A stretch of DNA of 64,000 bases from the human T2T-CHM13v2.0 reference genome, Homo sapiens. The notes beneath the pieces are model-generated. The model had not been told where the DNA came from and ran no database searches. It was given only the letters and a program-made list of their open reading frames with translations. Below, one piece after another: positions 1-11,699 of this stretch (the stretch's first letter is position 1; every line of letters begins with the position of its first letter). The DNA is taken from NCBI RefSeq assembly GCF_009914755.1, contig NC_060927.1. One strand, written 5' to 3'. A program made the position numbers and the translations under genes.

Positions 1-1147
1 GTAATATACAAAAATATATTATTTATATAATACATATATATCAAATATGTAAGCTATATATAAATATATTTATATATAATATTCATTTATAATATATTTT
101 ATTTTTATATATAATATATATTTATAAATATTTTATATATAATATATATACATATAGTATGTATACATATCATATATAATATATACATATATAACATGTA
201 TACATATATCACATATAATATATACATATATAACATGTATACATATATCATATATAATATATACATATATAACATGTATACATATATCATATATAATATA
301 TACATATAAAACATGTATACATATATCATATATAATATATACATATGTAACATGTATACATATATCATATATAATATATACATATGTAACATGTATACAT
401 ATATCATATATAATATATACATATGTAACATGTATACATATATCATATATAATATATACATATGTAACATGTATACATATATAACATATACATGTAATAT
501 GTATATATATAATATATACATATGTAATATGTATACCTATATAATATATACATATGTAATATGTATACCTATATAATATATGCGTATGTAATATGTATAC
601 CTATATATAATATATACGTATGTAATATGTATACCTATATATAATATATACGTATGTAATATGTATACATATATAATATACACGTATGTAATATGTATAC
701 ATATATAATATACACGTATGTAATATGTATACATATATAATATACACGTATGTAATATGTATACATATATAATATACACGTATGTAATATGTATACATAT
801 ATAATATACACGTATGTAATATGTATACATATATAATATACACGTATGTAATATGTATACATATATAATATACACGTATGTAATATGTATACATATATAA
901 TATACACGTATGTAATATGTATACATATATAATATACACGTATGTAATATGTATACATATATAATATATACAATGTAATATGTATACATATATAATATAT
1001 ACAATGTAATATGTATACATATATATAAAATATACATATGTAATATGTATACATATATATAAAATATACATATGTAATATGTATACTATATACAAAATAT
1101 ACATATGTAATATGTATACTATATATAAAATATATACACATATATAT
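1..1147. repeat. AT-rich compound minisatellite (39-bp unit ~170-480, 32-bp unit ~490-1020) in TA-rich low-complexity DNA
   Basis: 39-bp unit ATATATACATATGTAACATGTATACATATATCATATATA; 32-bp unit ATGTATACATATATAATATACACGTATGTAAT in 9 perfect copies at 661-948. The 13-aa and 32-aa periodicities of the ORF track match these units. Confidence 0.95.
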
Positions 1148-1148
1148 A

Positions 1149-1437
1149 TTTTTTTGAGACGGAGTCTCGCTCTGTTGCCCAGACTGGAGTGCAGTGGTGC
1201 GATCTCGGCTCACTGCAAGCTCTGCCTCCCGGATTCACGCCATTCTCCTGCTTCAGCCTCCTGAGTAGCTGGGACTACAGGCGCCCATCACCACACCCGG
1301 CTAATTTGTTGCATTTTTTAGTAGACACGGGGTTTCACCGTGTTAGCCAGGATGGTCTGGATCTCCTGATCTCATGATCTGCTGGCCTCGGCCTCCCAGA
1401 GTGATGGAATTACAGGCGTGAGTCACTGCACCCGGCC
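1149..1437 (-). mobile_element. AluY-type SINE
   Basis: Antisense Alu dimer TTTTGAGACGGAGTCTCGC...GCACCCGGCC with AluY-type GCAAGCTC / TTCACGCCATTCTCC / GTTAGCCAGGATGG motifs; TA-rich on both sides. Confidence 0.93.
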
Positions 1438-1559
1438 ACATTTTATATATATATATATATAATGTTTTATATATATATGAGAACTGATATATATATTTTG
1501 TATATATATGAGAACTGATATATATATTATAGATGTATATATATAAAATTATATATAGA

Positions 1560-2087
1560 AATTGCTGTAGTTCGAATGGGGCTTTTTGTTTTATATTCTT
1601 TTTTTCCTTGAGGATTTGACTGCAGTGAATGTTGTGAATCGTCGGTTGACTTTTTTTCTGAGTGCTTTCGAGGGCCACGGCTCTGTACAGGTTTTAGGTT
1701 GTATATAGATTCCTGTGGTGGGTTTCAGAGGCGTTGCTCATTGGAGGAATATATTTTCCTTTGGTGGTATAATTCAGGCTGCAGCCTAGCAGATACTGCT
1801 TAGGAGTACGGGCCAGCAGATAGGCTCTTTCTTAGCTACACACCCCTTTTGTATTTCAGTATGCATGTAACAGGGCTCCCTTCTTTTAAATCTGGATTGT
1901 GGCTGAGGACACATCCTGGTACCTGATGTCTCTAAGCAAGTTTCCCAGCTTCTTCCTTCCTCAACTATGGTGTTTGGCTTCCCTCTCTATAGAATTTCGT
2001 GTTTTCTCAAAATGTCTCTTTGAAGTGTAATGATTTCCCTCGATATTTTGGTTCCTCTTGATGAAAGAGACATTTCCTGGTTGCATC
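1560..2087 (-). mobile_element. Old L1 5'UTR fragment, internally deleted
   Basis: GTGCTTTCGAGGGCCACGGCTCTGTACAGG resembles 33250-33280, and 1940-2087 resembles 34310-34445, i.e. the 5' region of the old L1 later in the window. Confidence 0.6.
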
Positions 2088-5000
2088 ATAAAATGTAGAT
2101 AACAAATGTAAAATCTATAAGTATTTAAGATACATTGTAATATCTGTAAATATAATGATTTATAACATGTGCTGTATGATAATTTAGAAGGGGGAGAGAA
2201 AAAGGTTTATTGAGAGGACAAGTGATATCTGTACAATAATTGCCTTACAAATAAAATACACATACACACAAAAGTATATTAAAACATATTGTATTTATAG
2301 GGCTTAAATGAATACAAATATCTAACATTATATTTTAAAATTAATGAAAAGGTATGCATTTTTACCAAGTCTTTTACTTCCAAGAGTTATTAGATGTACA
2401 AATCCAAAATTTAAAACAAAAAAACTTTTTTCTTGTACCCTCATTGAGAAAAGTAAAACTTCAAACTCTCATAAAATCTATCTAAAAATCAAAAATTTAA
2501 CAGAAAGCCTAGAGAAAGCACAGAATATGTATATTTTACTCTCTTCATTCAGCACCTGTTAGAATAGCATGTACCTGTGAATGCTAAATAAATAATTTTG
2601 ACAAAGAATGAATGCATATTGGCACTGATAAGAAAGTTATAAAATTTGAATTGCATTTTGAAGTAAAAAATGTAATCTACTATTTCATAATGATTCAACA
2701 AATGGCCAGTATTTCTCTCTGATTCTGTTACTTTTTGCACTGGCTTCATGCCCTTTTCCTCTCCTTGGTTTTCTATGCTATAAGGTAATTCATAAGCAAT
2801 GAAAATTAAAATAAGCTCATGTGATTGCTTCATTACCTTTTAGCATGAAGCCACCATTGAGTAATTTTACTCAGTCCATTGTAAAGTAAATCACAATGTA
2901 GTGGGATACCAATGCACATCACTGTTCACTGTAGGCAATAAAAACCTGTAGATTTAGCTAAGAGGGCATCTATTCCAAACTCTTACCCAAATTAGAAATC
3001 TCCTCCACAACAATACTGATAGACGTTATCTACTATCGATTTGAATATATCTACCAATATAAAATACTGGCTTTCGGCATATTCTATTTTGTTTGAATGT
3101 CTCCAACTGCTAGATAATATTTCATGTATTGACCCAAATCCAAAATTCAATTAAATTTCTAGTCCTTTCCCCTTGTGTAATTTCTGAGGACATATATAGA
3201 CAAAATCTCACCTCTCTTTAATATTACAGCTTTACAAATAGTTAAAGACCCTTCAAATTTCTTACATTAGTACTACCAGATGTTATGTTTGCCTTAAAAA
3301 GTCATCGTTTATGGCTATTTCCTAGAAGGGCATTTGTGTGCCATAGGAATTTTTCCCGGATTTTCCATCTTTTAAAAATAAAGAAGTAGTATCAAGAATT
3401 GTATAAAATAAGCCAAAATCAGTTTAAAAGACCTATAATTATTCCTCCCGTCACCAAGCAAGACTTATCTAATAATATATGTGATACATGTGTAGTAACA
3501 AAGTTATCAATATAACACGTGATTAAGTTTGAAAAATGACCAAAGATAGGTTATCACTCTTTTCCTGAGGGTTCTTGCTGATAAAAAATACAATGTTAAA
3601 GGAAAGGATAAACTAGGAGCAGCTAACTCTTTCCACCTTTGCTCAGTGATAGAAAAATTATCCAGTCCTGATGTGCCTGTAAACTGCTTGATGTGCGTCC
3701 AACTCTGCCACAGTCTACGCCAAAGCTTGTGACATGTAAGAAACTGTCAGGTTATGAGTTAGTATGCTCAGTTGGAAATGTGGGAAAAAATACACTAGAT
3801 GTATGTGAAATATATGTCAGCAATATTGTGACTAGTACCACCATATAGCAAAAGGAGAAAAATCTGAATGTTTTTGCAATAGCAGATTAGTAAACTTCAT
3901 GCATTGTATAAATATATAACTACGTAGTTTGCTGTTTTATAGCACATTTTAGTTTGCTTTCAGGTGTCAGTAGTTCAATCAATTTGAAATGATTTCTAAT
4001 AAAAAACAAGAATTGAATTTCTATTTCAACAAAATTAACAATAAACATAAGAATTACAAAATTTTGATAACATGAAAGATGGTAATTGAACATGTGCAGT
4101 TACAGAACATGCATTTTCATGTCACTCAAAATTATAACTTTTTAGTTAGACCAAATAATTATTCTTTTCAGTTAATTTTGCTTGTTTTCACTCAAGTTTT
4201 AAATGGTTTGTAAATTTGGTTAAAAAATTGCACATTGAATAAAAACTCATTGGATATGTAGTAACAATATTGACACCAACAAAACAAATTTTTGTGAATC
4301 ACAGAATTGTAATGAAAACATTTTTTAATTAAGAATCCTACGTAGCCAAATATAGTTCACATTGGTTATGTGAGTGATTAATTCATGATTGCATCCAAAT
4401 GAGGGGTGATATTTTAGCAATTGAAATAGACTCTATAATTGTCAAAATTTACATATGCAAGCATCACTGAACTACACATTTTCTTGTGATGAAGCTGATG
4501 TTTAATAATAAATATTAAATAAAATAATAGGCTGTTCATCATGGTAGTGCATAATTTTACTCTTTACTGCCTGGCATCAACTATATTTTGGGAAGTTTTG
4601 AAATTGCAGAAAAAGTATTTTGTAAATCAGCTTCAATAGTCTGAAATCCCTATCTTTTGTAAATCAGTTCTCTACATTTAGTTATGTTTGTTTCAAAATA
4701 AGGTCAAAACCTGTAATCAAATAATTCAGTGAATGAAACTAAAAGGGGTCCTATTTTGCACCTTTTACAGAATTTTAACTATTGAAAATAAAGCTTGTAT
4801 GGAAGACTACATAAATATATTGAAAATAATTATTATGAAAGTTAGAAAGTAAACAAATGTATTGATTCCTAGGAGTTCAAATAGGGCAGAAGATTTAATT
4901 CTGAGATTCTATAATTGCATCTTGCTATATGCTTTGAAAAAATACTTTGACATAGGTCCCATTCTTATTGGATAAATTTATATTCTATGCTGGGATAAAA

Positions 5001-5334
5001 TTAGAGATGGCCTAAAATTTGTCACATCTAAATTTGGCAAAACCTTGAAAATAAAATTAAATTAAATCAATTCTCTGTGACTTCCATGTAACTTAAAACT
5101 AAACAGAGACTATTTTCTGAAATAAAAATATTGAGAGAATTGATTGAAAGTGATGATAACCTAATTTTAATAAATAAGCTATTACTGTATATTGGAAAAA
5201 ACAACACTAAAATATAAATAATAAAACATATTAGCAAATGCTGAGGCAAAGATATTTTTGAAATCACAATTTTGATAATCAGCTATTCTTTTTACCTATG
5301 TACTTTGAGATAAACTCAACTAAGTCAGGACACT

Positions 5335-5510
5335 ATCATTTTTAAATATTGCTGGACTTTTTGTCTTAATATTTTGTTATAGATATTTGTAGTTATGTTC
5401 CTGAGGAATAATTTTCTGTGAATTTTTTCTTCTTTTTATTAATAGAAATATACCAGTGTTTCTTATCAGGTTTATGCTAGCTGGCCTCATCAACTTAACT
5501 GGGAATCCAT
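5335..5510 (-). mobile_element. Ancient L1M ORF2 fragment
   Basis: Degenerate antisense RT-region motifs ATATTGCTGGA...TATCAGGTTTATGCT..GGCCTCAT...TGGGAA. Confidence 0.5.
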
Positions 5511-5559
5511 AAATAACTATTATAAACAATCACAATTGTTTCTAAAACATTTGGATTGG

Positions 5560-6125
5560 CTAGACTAGAATTCAACTTGGGTTTTAATGCTACCATTCAA
5601 ATAAATGTATCCTCAGTAGTAAATTACTTAACACTATGTTCCTATTTTATATGTAAAGTAAGCTCAGTAATTATGAAATATAATAGCTGCATCAACACTC
5701 TTCGGAGATTTCATCAACTGAAGAGAGCCACCTTGGTTAATATCGTACCGCATTCACAGAGCAGCCTGTCTCCACTGACTAATCAAAAAGAGGATATGCC
5801 ACCTAGCCTTCAAATCTCAGCTGGTCACAACTCCGAATGGTCATTTCAGCTCCATAGCTTTCCATGGGATGGACCAGCACTGTTGTTGAAACTGCATCAC
5901 AAGTAATCTTTTTCCTTTGTTCAATACTGCTTCATTCCTCCTTCTTTCAGAGAAGTTGACTTCAAAAGCATTCTCTTATAAACACCCTCCTTGCTTATTT
6001 CCTATCCTGAGGAACCTAACTTTTAATGATAATAATGCCAACCAAGGTTATTGTGAGGATAATATTATATTCTACATATTAAGTACTTAAAACAGTACTC
6101 AAAACATCGTAAGCACTGAATACCT
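5560..6125 (+). mobile_element. MIR split by an LTR16-like ERVL LTR (~5720-6020)
   Basis: MIR 5' half (TTACTTAAC...TGTAAAGT) and 3' half (GTTATTGTGAGGAT...AGTACTTAAAACAGT...TAAGCACT) flank LTR16-like CTGCATCACA...ATAAACACCC...GAGGAACCTAAC. Confidence 0.55.
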
Positions 6126-6533
6126 GTGATGAGAGATGACTGTATTTGAAAAGTGCCTAACTTTACAATAAGACATAAAAATCAGTAAATATGTCACAAA
6201 TGTCTTCTCAAAGTCAGAAATTTAAGAAGCACATTCATTTAATACTATTTTTGAGAGCATATAATAATAAATTTTACAAATGCTATGAGGCATTGAGGGG
6301 TTAAGATTGCAGCTCCAACTCACTAACAGGCCATATTCTACTGACTCAAGAGAAAAAGCCTAGATTGATTCAAACTCATACTAATTATTCTAAATGTAGT
6401 AAAGAAAGGCAAGCTTCAATTACATATTTATCTATTGATGTGTAATAGACAACTATTTTACTCTGCTTACAATTTTTGGGTCAAACATTCAGAGAGGGCT
6501 CAGTGGGACAATTTGTTTCTAATAATGTAGCAG

Positions 6534-7318
6534 TGATATGAGACGGGGGCGGGGAAGTGCTGGGTAGAGAAGGGCAGGATTCCTGGCGAGGGCTCCACCC
6601 TCAGACCTGTGCCCCCAGACCTAAGTGAGGACAAGCACTCCTGTATTCACACTCAAATGTTGCATTTTACAAGACCACGGTGGCCTGCCATGCCCCCCAT
6701 CCTGTGCCTATAAAAACCTCAAGACCCCAGCAGGCAGACACCCAAGTGGCTGGACATTGGGAGGAGCACACCAGCAGAAGCACACACCGACAGTCATGGG
6801 CAGGCCATTGATGGTGGAACAATGCAGACACCCAGGGGAATTAAGCCAAGGATGGTGAGAGGAGAGCCCTGCCACCGAAAGGCCCAACTCCAGGGGAAGA
6901 CCACCTTCCCACTCCATCCCCTTTCTAGCTCCCCATCCATCTCCTAAGAACTACTTTCGACACTCAATAAAATCTTGCATGTGCGATCTGATTTTTCCAG
7001 TACACTGGGGCAAGAACCCCAGGATACAGAAAGCCCTCTGTCCTTGCGATAAGGCAGAGGGTCTAATTGAGCTGGTTAACACAAGCCACCTCCAAACAGC
7101 TAAACTGAAAGAGCACATTATAACACATGCCCACTATTCCTTCGGGAGCTGTAAATGCTCAACCCTAGAGGCTACTGTGAGTTCGGAGCCCATGCTCACC
7201 ATGACCTGCCTGTCTGCATGCTTCCCCTGGGGGTTTGAGCAGCAGGGCACCGAAGAAGCAAGCCACACCACAGTCACACACCCTGCAAGGGGGTTAAGGG
7301 AAAACTCCTCCCATTTCA
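6534..7318 (+). mobile_element. ERV1 solo LTR, LTR1-family-like
   Basis: TG...CA termini, 785 bp; TATA-like CCTATAAAA ~6707, AATAAA ~6966; degenerate 4-bp TSD GCAG/GCAC; LTR1-like start GGGAAGTGCTGGGTAGAGAAGGGC. Confidence 0.8.
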
Positions 7319-8364
7319 GCACAAGACGCAAGGCAGGTGCTAGATGATCCATATCTGAGATGCTTTCTCACTCACTTAGTTTGTGCTTCTGTGCCCTCTT
7401 TCTCCACAAAGCATGTTATTTTTCAGAAACACTCCAACTTGACCTGCGTCTGCAATTTATTGATTACAATTCTGACAATATTTTTCCATCACCCTTGTTT
7501 TACCTTCTGAGTTCTTGGTTCTTCCCTTCCTGTTCTATGAGAAATAAACATGTTCATAACAAAAGAAACATATCAACATGATCTGCCCAAATAAGTTTAA
7601 GGGCTCAAAATCTTGTTTTCATTTTATAAATTCTCTCTTCCCATCAGTCCAAGCTGGTATAATGTTTTTAAACTTTGTGAATTTGCAATGTATGATATTT
7701 TAACCCACTCTATTACCTAAAAGTCATATCCACATTTGTTTGCAAAATAGGCCCTGCTGTGCCTTGGGTCAAAAGTCAAGTTGTTGTGCAACATTTCCCT
7801 TAATATTCGTACAAGTATTTTTGTCTAGTTACATGGTTAATGAGTGTGATAGAAACACCCTTTTATGGCAGGGGAATTCCAAGAATATTTTTGAAAGATT
7901 TTTAGGAACCCTAATAGTTATGTCGTTAAATTTTTCCGAAGTTTCAGCACATAATCTGAAGTCTGCTCGATTGATGGCATATGGATTTGACTATTTCCCT
8001 GAAACCACTTTTTTCCTTGAGAATCTTTACTGAGAAATACTGGAGATAAAAAACTGGTTTTATCTTTGAAACCAGCAAGTCCTGGATCTTTTATACTTTG
8101 TGTAAACTCTGCTCAAAAACTGAACAGTTTCTTCTTTAGTTGATTTATCTTCTCTATTTTATCATAAGCCTCTAGAAGAAGACAAGTAGAACTTTCTAGA
8201 TTTTACCATGAAATCTTCCAAGCCAGAAAAAATGTTCACCATTTATCCTTTCTCTTTTTCACATTACCACAGGTAACAGTGTTGCCAAAATTTCTTCTAC
8301 TAAAGATGAAATTAGTATTAACGTCCCATTTTATCTACCATCTGATAATGTTTTTCTTATCTTT

Positions 8365-9182
8365 GAAATAATCTCATTGTGGTTTTGATTTGCATTTATC
8401 TGATGGCCAGTGATGGTGAGATATCATTTCACACCAGTCAGAATGGCAATCATTAAAAAGTCAGGAAACAGCAGGTGCTGGAGAGGATGTGGAGAAATAG
8501 GAACACTTTTACACTGTTGGTGGGACTGTAAACTAGTTCAACCATTGTGGAAGTCAGTGTGGCGATTCCTCAGGGATCTAGAACTAGAAATACCATTTGA
8601 CCCAGCCATCCCATTACTGGGTATATACCCAAATGAGTATAAATCATGCTGCTATAAAGACACATGCACACGTATGTTTATTGCGGCACTATTCACAGTA
8701 GCAAAGACTTGGAACCAACCCAAATGTCCAACGATGATAGACTGGATTAAGAAAATGTGGCACATATACACCATGGAATACTATGCAGCCATAAAAAATG
8801 ATGAGTTCATGTCCTTTGTAGGGATATGGATGAAATTGGAAATCATAATTCTCAGTAAACTATCTCAAGAACAAAAAACCAAACACTGCATATTCTCACT
8901 CATAGGTGGGAATTGAACAATGAGAACACATGGACACAGGAAGGGGAACATCACACTCTGGGGACTGTTGTGGGGTGGGGGGAGGGGGGAGCGATAGCAT
9001 TGGGAGATATACCTAATGCTAGATGACTAGTTAGTGAGTGCAGCGCACCAGCATGTCACATGTATACATATGTTACTAACCTGCACATTGTGTACATGTA
9101 CCTTAAAACTTAAAGTATAATAAAAAATACATTTCATAATTAAATTGCTCATATACTACTGTGAAAAAAAAGAGAAATAATC
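8365..9182 (+). mobile_element. 5'-truncated L1PA2-like LINE-1 with 5' inversion (8371-8420) and short 3' transduction (9128-9163)
   Basis: Perfect TSD GAAATAATC at 8365-8373 and 9174-9182. An antisense L1 piece is followed by sense ORF2 C-terminus (ORF 8410-8916 ending FSLIGGN), 3'UTR without ACA, AATAAA, a unique 36 nt and a second A-tract. Confidence 0.92.
8413..8916 (+). pseudogene. LINE-1 ORF2p C-terminal (Cys-rich) fragment
   Basis: Translation [26 protein letters not shown]...FSLIGGN matches the L1 ORF2p C-terminus; no EN/RT domains. Confidence 0.9.
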
Positions 9183-11699
9183 ATCAAAAGTCTTCTCAGT
9201 TACCAGCTTCTGATTTACAGGCAATCTCATAGCAATAAAACTTCTTTTAGGATTCAGTTATAGAGACAGACTGATTCAAAGTACCAAGTTATCTTCCAGT
9301 GATCAAGTATTGACTTAAAACTACCCTAAAACTGAATGACCTAATATAACTATTTTGTTTTGCTTATATTTTTGTGACTAGGGAATCAGGGATGGTTTCT
9401 GCTGGGAAATTTTTCCCTCAACAAAATAACATCAGCTGCTGTGGCTGAGGCCACTTAAAACACGACTTTTTAACTCAATGATCTAGTTCCTTAGTGTTCC
9501 TTAGCTTGTCTCTCTCTCCATGTGGTGTCTCCTCCCACTGACTGCTTCACACAGCTCGAGTTTCTCACATGTGGTCTTCTAACTTTTAATATGCTGCCTG
9601 ACATTTTCTAGAATATGTTTTCTAAGAATAAAGCATTCAAATAAGTCCAGGCAGAAGCTGTAAAACTTATTACCCGAGCTACAATAACCCTTCTGCCATA
9701 TTTCATTGCTCAAGCAAGTTTCTAAGATCAGTCTACATTCAAAGACAAAGGAAAAAATTTCTACCTCTGAAGAAAGGAATAGCATGCATTTACAAGAAAA
9801 GAGATAATTCATTATTATCATGTAAGAGATAAGTTAAAAAAAGATAGAAGACCATGAAACATTAAAAAGTTAATATATATTATAAACAAAGGAACAAAAC
9901 TCTTATTGTTTAATATGATATAAGCACAAATTTTATAATAGCTAATTGGCAACAACTTCATTTGAATAATTTGCTTGAGTTAACCCACTTACATACGTAA
10001 TTTCATAAATTTGTAATAAAAAAAGGGAAACAATTCCCAATAAAATTTTGGATAATCCTATTACAAAAAGATATTTTTTAGAAACTGCTTGCCATAGGAA
10101 ATTTTAACCCTCATTTGCCTCTTGGAGTCAAGAGAAAACTCCACTAAGGACAGAGCTAACCTCTCTAAAACTTTAACTGGTATGAAGTTTTATAAAGACC
10201 CTGGCTACAGGACCAAAGTTCAATTCACTTAACAAATCTGGACCTCAAGTGAATTGGGTTAAGAATAAGTTCAGAAACAACTTCTCTTACAAATGCAAAG
10301 AATTAATGACCACAGATGTCTTATTTGCCAAGCCTGATCTCTTGGGAAGAGCACAGGACCCTGAACATGTGCTAATGGGTCTGTGCCCTAAAGGCAAAGC
10401 TGGCCTTTCAGTTGTTAGGAGCTTCATATACTAAGTTTCTCTGAGCATTTTAAAAATGAATCCATTCTCTGACTCTGAGCAGTTTCTCAAATAATGTGGA
10501 ATTCCTTTATTTAACACTACAAAACTTAGTGTCAAGAGACAAGACTATAAATTTTTAGACTTTCCCTGTTATAGTAAGGGGAAAAGTGTTCTGTTATTAT
10601 TTCTACCCTAACATCAGATGTGTATAAGGCAGGAAAAGACCAGATTGGTTTTTAGAAGTTCGACACTAAAATCTCTGCCCACACACTTATAAATTATCTC
10701 TCCTCAAAAATATGTACAAACAATCTGGAAATATGATGAGTATCACTAAAGGAACAAGGACTTGACCTCTGCAACCCTTTCTGATGTTACTAATAAAAGT
10801 AAATAAGTTATAATTTCCAAAATAATCATTATTTTTTGGTTTCAATGAAGTACCCGCAATGTTGCCTATTTTTGGGGGTATGTTTTTTGCATTTTTTAGA
10901 CTTCATTTGTCTCCTTCTTCCCCTCCTCCTCCTCGTCTCCTCCTCTGTTTCTTCTGCATCAAATAAAATTAGACCATGAATTTTGTTTTAATTATTGGCA
11001 ACAGCAGTATTACTGCCATTAATAGATCTGCTATGCAGGCTGCTCTATAGTAAATGATTTGCATATATGTTTTAAATTTACAATAACCCTGGAAGGTAAA
11101 TTCTATGATGAAAGAAGAAAGAAACAACCAAACCCATTAACTAAAGGATTTATTAAGAATGCTGGAAATACAGGAAGTAGCTTAGAATGAATATCCTACA
11201 GGGAGCAAGTAGCTGAAAATTTTTATAAAGCTGAATGAAGAGGGTTACTCAAGATTAATTACTCTATGATAATTTTTCACTGTTCAAATCCTTAGAACGT
11301 ATGGGGAAAATGAATTAAATTAATCAGGTGACAGAATATAGGAATGAGAAGATGGGACTTCAGTTTAACAGGTGTTGGTTGCTTACTTTGCATTTAAAAA
11401 TGAGAGGAAGGCAGGAAAGCTTTTGAAAGCTAAAATTCTTGGTGCATGGCTAAGATTTGGTGTTTGGTTTTTAATGATGGCTGGAATTGTCTCTTGAGTT
11501 AGCAGTTGTACAAAGAAGCATTTAGGATTCTGGGCAACATAAAATATGAGACTATGATGCTACAGCACAGGTAAAGTAGTGTCATTAATATATTAATATA
11601 CCCTGAAATGTTTCCTTAATCTGACACTTACTTTCCATTGTCCAAGCCAGGTAATAAATCCTTGAATGAAGACAATTGTTTAAAATGCATTCATAAAAG

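Larger units (their letters stand above)
6430..9835 (-). mobile_element. Old MLT1-type MaLR provirus (LTR remnant ~6430-7380, internal ~7400-9290, LTR ~9295-9835), host to two later insertions
   Basis: Similar LTR starts at ~6450-6520 and ~9345-9420; internal part resembles antisense MaLR-int (GAAATCTTCCAAGCCAGA...CACATTACCACAGG...GTTGCCAAAA); MLT1-like CCAGGCAGAAGCTGTAA...TTCTGCCATATTTCATT. Confidence 0.55.

Noticed and set aside
105-1213. Long Y/I/M-rich ORFs on both strands
   Set aside because: Translations of the 39-bp and 32-bp minisatellite; the periodicity equals the repeat unit
8410-8916. Inversion junction supplies an in-frame ATG (8413) for a 167-aa ORF2 C-terminal peptide
   Set aside because: Openness is expected for a young L1; no promoter or expression evidence in the sequence
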